Below are positions 26,147 through 32,000 of a stretch of 32,000 bases of DNA, one piece after another. Below the pieces are notes generated by a model. That model was not told the origin of the DNA. It ran no database searches and saw only the letters and a list, made by a program, of their open reading frames with translations. Made by a program: the position numbers and the translations under genes. The stretch's first letter is position 1. Every line of letters begins with the position of its first letter. Origin of the DNA: Delftia acidovorans NBRC 14950 (lineage in GTDB: Bacteria > Pseudomonadota > Gammaproteobacteria > Burkholderiales > Burkholderiaceae_C); contig NZ_BCZP01000010.1 in the NCBI RefSeq assembly GCF_001598795.1, forward strand, positions 60,001 through 92,000, given 5' to 3'.

Positions 26147-27259
26147 TCAATCCCCGCCCATCAACTGCTGCGACAAACGCTGTGCTGCAGCCAGTGCAGC
26201 CGCCACGACCTGGTCCATGTTGTAGTAACGGTACTCGGCCAGCCGCCCCACGAATGTCACACCTGTCTCGGCTTCTGCCAGCTCCTGATAGCGCTTGAAC
26301 AACGCCTCGCTGTCGTCGCTGGGGATTGGATAGTAGGGATCACCTTCGGCTTGCGGGTACTCCCGCACAATGGACGTACCGCTATGCTGCTGGCCGGTCA
26401 AATGCTTGAATTCCGTGATACGCGTATACGCATGGTCATTGGGATAGTTGACCGTTCCAACCTGCTGCAACCATTCCGTTGCCGCCAGATGTTCATGTTC
26501 AAATCGCAGTGAACGGTACGGCAGAGGTCCATAGCAATGGTCAAAATACGCATCAATGGGACCTGTGTAAACCACATGGGAAAACTCGCTACGCATTTTC
26601 ACGTCAGAAAAATTCACGCCCATTTCAATACGGATATTCGGATGGTCGAGCATGCGCTCGAACATGCGCGTGTAACCCTGCAAAGGCATTGCCTGGAAAA
26701 CGTCGGTGAAATACCGGTCATCGGTATTCGTGCGCACCGGAATGCGTGCCGCCACCCCGGCCTTCAGTTGCGAGGGATCCATGCCCCACTGTTTGCGTGT
26801 GTAGTTGAGAAAGAACTTCTCGTACAGATCGCGCCCCACGCTGTTGAGCACGACGTCTTCGCTGCTGCGTATTGGTTCGCGCGGTTCGCGTACGCGCTCG
26901 AAGAAGGAGGCCGCGCCTGCCTCGTCCAACTCAAGGTCATACAACTGGTTGAGTGTGTCGCGGTTGATGGGAAATGGGCAGGCCTTGCCATCGACTACAC
27001 CGAGTACACGGTGTTCATAAGAGCGCCATGCAGTGAAGCGAGACAGGTACTTGAACACTCGCTCGCTATTGGTATGGAATATATGGGGGCCGTACCGATG
27101 GACAAGCAAGCAATGGTTATCGGTTTCGTCGTAAGCATTCCCACCGATATGCGGCCGCTGGTCAATGAGCAAGACAGCATATCCGGCTTCTGCCATCTCA
27201 CGAGCCACCACACTTCCCGCAAATCCAGCACCAACTACAAGCATTGGATATCTTCGCAT
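26147..27259 (-). CDS. glf: UDP-galactopyranose mutase
   Basis: 370 aa. FAD Rossmann motif LVVGAGFAGSV, plus IGGNAYD and RYGPHIFHTN. Length and pattern are typical of Glf. Confidence 0.9.
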   Translation of the reverse strand: MRRYPMLVVGAGFAGSVVAREMAEAGYAVLLIDQRPHIGGNAYDETDNHCLLVHRYGPHIFHTNSERVFKYLSRFTAWRSYEHRVLGVVDGKACPFPINRDTLNQLYDLELDEAGAASFFERVREPREPIRSSEDVVLNSVGRDLYEKFFLNYTRKQWGMDPSQLKAGVAARIPVRTNTDDRYFTDVFQAMPLQGYTRMFERMLDHPNIRIEMGVNFSDVKMRSEFSHVVYTGPIDAYFDHCYGPLPYRSLRFEHEHLAATEWLQQVGTVNYPNDHAYTRITEFKHLTGQQHSGTSIVREYPQAEGDPYYPIPSDDSEALFKRYQELAEAETGVTFVGRLAEYRYYNMDQVVAAALAAAQRLSQQLMGGD

Positions 27260-27276
27260 ACAATCAACCTTCCGCT

Positions 27277-29289
27277 TTATGACCTGTCTTTGATCTTATT
27301 CTTTATGGAATCAACCCATAACAAGGCCTTTACCACAAGTCGAATATGTAACGTCGAGATTGCAGCCGAACCTTCTAGCCACATATAGCCAGTGGAAAAG
27401 AAAGTTCTCCGCTTTGACATGGTCATGAACACAATTGAAATTATATCGCTCCACTCAAGAACTCTGCAAAGCGGATTAATAAAACTCTTTTCGTGCCTCA
27501 TTTCAGTAATAACACCGAAGCGAGTAAAAAAGTTCACATCATTTTTATCAGGCCTACTGATAAAATCGGAGACAAGAGCCAGAATCGTAGATTTGGACCT
27601 AGCAATTCCATTGTAAATACTGCGCTCTTTGGCGACAAGCCTTGCGCAGGCAATCCCGGCTTCATGCAAGGTGCGGGCATATAAAAGCTCTTCGTTGCCT
27701 CTGATCTCTTCACCAAGTATCGGAACGACCTCTCCATCCAACACTTGGTAGCCGATCGTGCTCGCATGCATGGACGGTAAGAAACAGTGCTCGACAATCA
27801 CTCTTCTTCTTGAAAGCAATGATCCAGATTTTTGAATGAATGCAAAGGATTGACCCGCCTTTTCCTCTGAGAGGTGATCTTTCGACAGGCCAATATAATA
27901 TCCTTTCGGATCTGACCCGGGCCTATAATAATTCAATACTCTCTTTAGTGCTGCCTGACTATTCAAGGACCAACCCGCGTCAACGAGCGCCCAGGCGGAA
28001 TCATCGAAAAGCCCCATTTTTTCAAGATAGAGGCGCATGACTTCGCGTTTATTCCCAGTAACTTTTTTAATTAACTCAGCGACCCCATAATTTTTCAAAA
28101 TATTAGTGGAGAAGATATTAGCCGACTCGAGATCCATTACCCTATGCCACTCATCCATTTTCAGTCCCAGCATCCCCCGCACTTGATCTTTTTCATATTC
28201 ATCGAGCCCGAGCCGATCAACTATATCTGCAGGAGAGTTTCTATTTCCTGCAACAATCAACAAACGCTGCCAATCCAAGGAATCCTGGCCGATTGAAGGA
28301 GCAAGCCACGCACGACGCGATCCGTGAAGATACCGCGGCTCAACACCTTCTTCAGTGGCGCATAACTCCCGAGCCATCTTATAAAGAATTTCGCCATCCC
28401 TAGCAACAAAGTATAACCTTTTTATACCATTGATCTTTGCATGCTCTATTATCCATATTACATATGCCAATAAAAATGGAATAATTGCGCTTTGAACCAC
28501 TCCAGAGAAATCCTTGTGGAGGGAAAATTCATTGCCAACAGACAATCTACAGCGGCGAGAAAAAGCAGCAACCCACGATTTATTCACGCCCAACCGCGAA
28601 CCATCTTTACAAATCAATTCCTCGTATCTACTTAAATGCGCAGCATTGAAATAATCGGCTCTTATATCATTTGCATTGGCCATGGATATGTCTGAATGCA
28701 CATTATCCCCCAGATGGAGCATTTCCTTCGAATTTATTTTTTCACTCAGCAAGACTTGAGGAAAAAGCTCCCCAGAGCTCTTACTCCTCCCGTAATCACA
28801 GGAGACATATAAAACATCATCATCTTTTAAGATTCCATGATGCTTTAATATTGGCGCAAGCAAGTCTCCCGGAATATACATGTCAGATATCAACACGATT
28901 CTCCCGCCAGAGATACGAATATAATCCATTCTTTTCACGATTTCGGGAACAGGATAAATGCATTCACACTCCAGATCAATTTCGACTTGCACTAGCTCCT
29001 TGACACTCATGCCTGTCTTAAATAGATAGCGCAGCACCTCATAGATCGAGAATATATCAGTTCTTACCGAGCCATTCCATTTCGCCAGAAGATTGACAAT
29101 TTTCTCCGCTCGAATTCTTGCTTTCTGAAATCTGCGTGCAAATTTATGCCTTGCATCCTCGCTCAGGTGAGAAGAGGAAATTTTATGTCCGAGGACGTAA
29201 AAAATATCTCGGGGATTGGCATAGCTACGAGTAATACACGTATCAAAAACGTCGAAGCTATACACTTTAATTTCATCGGATTCAGGCAT
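27277..29289 (-). CDS. Two-domain protein: N-terminal HAD-superfamily hydrolase domain fused to a ~430-aa uncharacterised domain
   Basis: HAD motif I FDVFDTCITR, motif II LISDM, and motif III/IV K...HLGDNVHSD. The C-terminal domain is paralogous to the ORF at 30684-31976. The ATG at 29289 is preferred; the track uses the GTG at 29304. Low GC. Confidence 0.75.
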   Translation of the reverse strand: MPESDEIKVYSFDVFDTCITRSYANPRDIFYVLGHKISSSHLSEDARHKFARRFQKARIRAEKIVNLLAKWNGSVRTDIFSIYEVLRYLFKTGMSVKELVQVEIDLECECIYPVPEIVKRMDYIRISGGRIVLISDMYIPGDLLAPILKHHGILKDDDVLYVSCDYGRSKSSGELFPQVLLSEKINSKEMLHLGDNVHSDISMANANDIRADYFNAAHLSRYEELICKDGSRLGVNKSWVAAFSRRCRLSVGNEFSLHKDFSGVVQSAIIPFLLAYVIWIIEHAKINGIKRLYFVARDGEILYKMARELCATEEGVEPRYLHGSRRAWLAPSIGQDSLDWQRLLIVAGNRNSPADIVDRLGLDEYEKDQVRGMLGLKMDEWHRVMDLESANIFSTNILKNYGVAELIKKVTGNKREVMRLYLEKMGLFDDSAWALVDAGWSLNSQAALKRVLNYYRPGSDPKGYYIGLSKDHLSEEKAGQSFAFIQKSGSLLSRRRVIVEHCFLPSMHASTIGYQVLDGEVVPILGEEIRGNEELLYARTLHEAGIACARLVAKERSIYNGIARSKSTILALVSDFISRPDKNDVNFFTRFGVITEMRHEKSFINPLCRVLEWSDIISIVFMTMSKRRTFFSTGYMWLEGSAAISTLHIRLVVKALLWVDSIKNKIKDRS

Positions 29290-29307
29290 GAAAAACTCTC
29301 TCACATC

Positions 29308-30555
29308 TTATCCACTCAACAGCGATTTGTATAAATTCAAATGACTCATAAGAAATCTCTGTTCACCGAACTTACGGAGGGTGGTAACCCTTGCATTTTG
29401 AGATAACTGCAATCTTAAATGTTCATTTGAAACCATCAAATCCAATCCGTATGCCAAACTTTCCATATCACCTCTGGAAGCCATCCATCCATCGAATTGA
29501 TGGGTCAGTGCCTCCTTGATTCCGCCCACATCGAATGCAACTACGGGAGTTCCGCTGGACATTGATTCAAGCAATACCAATGGAAAATTCTCCGCTATGG
29601 AAGGAAGAAGAAAAATATCACTGGCTGCATAATAATCCGCCAGCAAAGTCCTATCAGGTGTGAACTCGCGAATGATGTAGTTATGCATCTCAGGCAGAAC
29701 CAACTTCTCCTTCATATTCCCGACCAGAAGAACATTTAGTCGAATCTTTTGCAATGAAAGCGCTTGCAATGCATACTTCAATCCTTTAAAAGGATTAAGA
29801 ACATCAACACTTGCAAGCAATATGAGAATTCCATCCAATGGAAATCCTAATTTTTCCCTAATCCGCCGCTTTTCCATTGGTTGAAATAGCTTAGTATCAA
29901 CCGCGTTGTGAATGACATGGATTTTATTCTTGCTTATACCCGCCCTCATTGCCTCGTCGGCAATCCATTTAGAGGGACAGACGATTGCACTCAAATTCTC
30001 ATTGACCATTCTTATCTTATACTGCTGCAGAAACCCAGTTCGATCTATGGAAGTCATCTGCGGCCACCTTCCCAATTGCGGACAATTTGAGCAGCCAGCT
30101 ATAAAAGAAGTGCAGCCTAATGGGTGTATACATCCTCCAGTAAAAGGGGAGCAATCGTGGAATGTCCAGACTACGGGAGAATATTTTGCTAGATATTTTA
30201 TGGTGCGTGGGGATATTGCATCAGATATATCATGAAAATGATATAAATCATACGGAAGCCCATCTTCACAAGTTGGGCCAGACGTGATCGTTGTCAAATC
30301 GACAAAACCCGTCTTTCTAGATATATATCGACTAGCTCGGTATATATACCCATTCAACGCACCTTGCCTTACGCTTTTTCTAGGGTAAGGAGGTTCTGGT
30401 TCGGCGGTCCAATGCTCAGCTCTAATTTCAGTCGAGCCTCCAATTAGACTTGCGAGTTGGCACGCCACCGCGCTCGCCCCTCCTCCATGGGCTCCAGTTC
30501 TGCTGACTAAAGCCAGCTTTTTCACCTTAGGAGCTACGCCAGTTTCAATATACAT
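29308..30555 (-). CDS. GT4-family glycosyltransferase
   Basis: 415 aa. N-terminal SRTGAHGGGAS, Cys-rich FHDCSPFTGGCIHP...CSNCP, and the E-x7-E block ENFPLVLLESMSSGTPVV. Low GC. Confidence 0.8.
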   Translation of the reverse strand: MYIETGVAPKVKKLALVSRTGAHGGGASAVACQLASLIGGSTEIRAEHWTAEPEPPYPRKSVRQGALNGYIYRASRYISRKTGFVDLTTITSGPTCEDGLPYDLYHFHDISDAISPRTIKYLAKYSPVVWTFHDCSPFTGGCIHPLGCTSFIAGCSNCPQLGRWPQMTSIDRTGFLQQYKIRMVNENLSAIVCPSKWIADEAMRAGISKNKIHVIHNAVDTKLFQPMEKRRIREKLGFPLDGILILLASVDVLNPFKGLKYALQALSLQKIRLNVLLVGNMKEKLVLPEMHNYIIREFTPDRTLLADYYAASDIFLLPSIAENFPLVLLESMSSGTPVVAFDVGGIKEALTHQFDGWMASRGDMESLAYGLDLMVSNEHLRLQLSQNARVTTLRKFGEQRFLMSHLNLYKSLLSG

Positions 30556-30683
30556 GCAGCCTTCTATTCACTATGGAGTTAAGTCTATTTGCAGGTGGTG
30601 CAACTGATTATTTGGACTACATGCACAAAGAAAATAATTCAATATATGCCATCTAAAGAAAGACAGAAAATATCATCTTCTGT

Positions 30684-31976
30684 TCAGAACATCAACCACC
30701 TTGATATGATTCTCTTAACTCTAAACGCAATATTTCGAGAATAATAGTAAATAAATGTCCCGGTTATTACATGAGACCCCGCAGGCCAAAGACCATGAGT
30801 ACGTGATGGAGGTTTTCTGAATGCCTCCATCAAGGTCATCTTCCGCACAAATGGAACCGATTCCATTTCGACTTGATGCTCAGAGTGGTAGTATTTTGAA
30901 AAAATTTTAGCCTCCTCTATTGAGGGCCTTTCAAGTAATCGACGAAGTCTGTTATTTACCTTGCCCAATTCAATTGAACGACCAAGAGATCCACTCAATG
31001 CAGCATAACGATTGGCAAATGACAATATCGCCTCTTGCCGGAAAACGGAATTATTCGACACAGAATGATCGAGAAAAACAGGACCATATCGTCCATACTC
31101 ATCAGCTGAGTAGCTCATAGTCGATGGATGATCTGCGGAATGAAAAAGCTCCATCATTCCTAAATTTGATAGAATCCACTCCCCGCCGCTAGTAGCAGGC
31201 TGGTAGGGAGAATACATAAATGCATGCGTGCGAGTAGCATCGGAATAAACCATGCTATCAAAAAGAGCCAGATAGTATCCATGTATATAACTGGGAAAAA
31301 TATCGCATTTGGACAAAATATTATCGATTGAGCGCTGGAGGCGCCCGTGCCACCCAACATCTACGATACCAATATTACGGATTTCGTCTGATATCACGCC
31401 TTCCTGTCTAAAATACTTGACGGCCAGATCGAGTTTCTCTTTTGAGGATTCATCTATTAATTTGGAAATTGAATTTTCCTCAAGAAGAAGGCTCAATATT
31501 CTCCGCTCGTCCTTGGACAGATTCTTCTCGAAATCCACATCTATTTTTTTTCTAACCTTTTCCCCAAAAAGTTCCACTGGTATTGCCAATCGCTCCGAGA
31601 TAGCTCTAATGGATAGATAATCTGTGTCATCCATAATCCAACTTCTCGACTGCGAAATGCTGACATGCCCGGGCAGGTGCAAGGCTTGTCGTGAAGCATA
31701 GAGATAGCGGCACTCAATAGGAATGTTTCGGCAGGCTGTCAATGCTTTGGCAATCTTGTGCAATATCTGCCCATCTCTCGCCAGAAAGTACAATATTTTC
31801 ACCTCGCGTTTCAACGCGTCTGAAATGATCCACTCTACAAAATTGACCAAAAATGGCGAAACTATTTGCGAGTAAACCATCCATTCTGAAACGTCATCGT
31901 AAGGACATGCAGCTCTTGCCTCACGCAGAAGACCTGCAATATGCCGGTGCTCATGGTCTTTAGCAAAAATACTCAC
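30684..31976 (-). CDS. Uncharacterised protein, stand-alone paralogue of the C-terminal domain of the 27277-29289 protein
   Basis: Shared blocks: KILYFLARDGQILHKIAKAL vs KRLYFVARDGEILYKMAREL; VDVGWHGRLQ vs VDAGWSLNSQ; GYYLAL vs GYYIGL; RPSIEEAKIFSKY vs RPDKNDVNFFTRF. The GTG start at 31976 is uncertain. Low GC. Confidence 0.7.
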   Translation of the reverse strand: MSIFAKDHEHRHIAGLLREARAACPYDDVSEWMVYSQIVSPFLVNFVEWIISDALKREVKILYFLARDGQILHKIAKALTACRNIPIECRYLYASRQALHLPGHVSISQSRSWIMDDTDYLSIRAISERLAIPVELFGEKVRKKIDVDFEKNLSKDERRILSLLLEENSISKLIDESSKEKLDLAVKYFRQEGVISDEIRNIGIVDVGWHGRLQRSIDNILSKCDIFPSYIHGYYLALFDSMVYSDATRTHAFMYSPYQPATSGGEWILSNLGMMELFHSADHPSTMSYSADEYGRYGPVFLDHSVSNNSVFRQEAILSFANRYAALSGSLGRSIELGKVNNRLRRLLERPSIEEAKIFSKYYHSEHQVEMESVPFVRKMTLMEAFRKPPSRTHGLWPAGSHVITGTFIYYYSRNIAFRVKRIISRWLMF

Positions 31977-32000
31977 CCCCTTCTATGAAATTTCAATTTC

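Noticed and set aside
27277-31976. Low-GC block as a phage-defence or toxin-antitoxin island
   Set aside because: The three proteins show glycosyltransferase (E-x7-E) and HAD (DxDxT) motifs. I saw no nuclease, Walker ATPase, TIR, SIR2 or reverse-transcriptase signatures, and the genomic context (glf, GTs) is glycan biosynthesis.

Overview
This looks like a high-GC betaproteobacterial chromosome segment. Gene content (Bug/TctC-family receptor, recA-recX, sucCD-TerC) suggests Comamonadaceae, but that is inference only. A hand count on the 60-nt line at 12001-12060 gives 70% GC.

Positions 1 to about 18.3 kb are ordinary core genes:
- 5' end of a topB-like topoisomerase
- SET-domain methyltransferase translationally coupled to birA
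- SPOR-like protein
- FGase-family amidohydrolase
- Bug/TctC solute receptor
- LysR regulator
- TctE/TctD-like two-component pair
- MarR regulator
- recA-recX
- DMT/EamA exporter
- large membrane-anchored hypothetical protein coupled to argC
- sucCD
- TerC-family protein

From about 18.4 kb the content becomes accessory:
- A PP2C phosphatase and an FHA protein come first.
- A sigma54-type promoter then drives a type IVa pilin gene (pilA).
- Three translationally coupled genes follow: a GT-C-like multi-pass membrane protein with a TPR-like tail, a polyprenyl-phosphate-sugar-synthase-like GT2, and a GT4.
- Converging on this operon with a 4-bp gap is a minus-strand glycan operon: a GT-B glycosyltransferase, glf, a HAD-fusion protein, a GT4, and a paralogue of the HAD-fusion C-terminal domain.
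- GC in that minus-strand operon collapses abruptly at about 27.26 kb. Hand counts on sample 60-nt lines give 38%, 43% and 28%.

The best candidate for an undescribed system is the pilA-linked GT-C / lipid-P-sugar synthase cassette, a putative pilin glycosylation module. It sits next to the mosaic, horizontally acquired Galf-type glycan operon, which carries two uncharacterised paralogous proteins.

I found no rRNA, tRNA, CRISPR array, transposase or integrase by eye. Many long ORFs in the track are antisense shadow ORFs typical of high-GC DNA and were not called.
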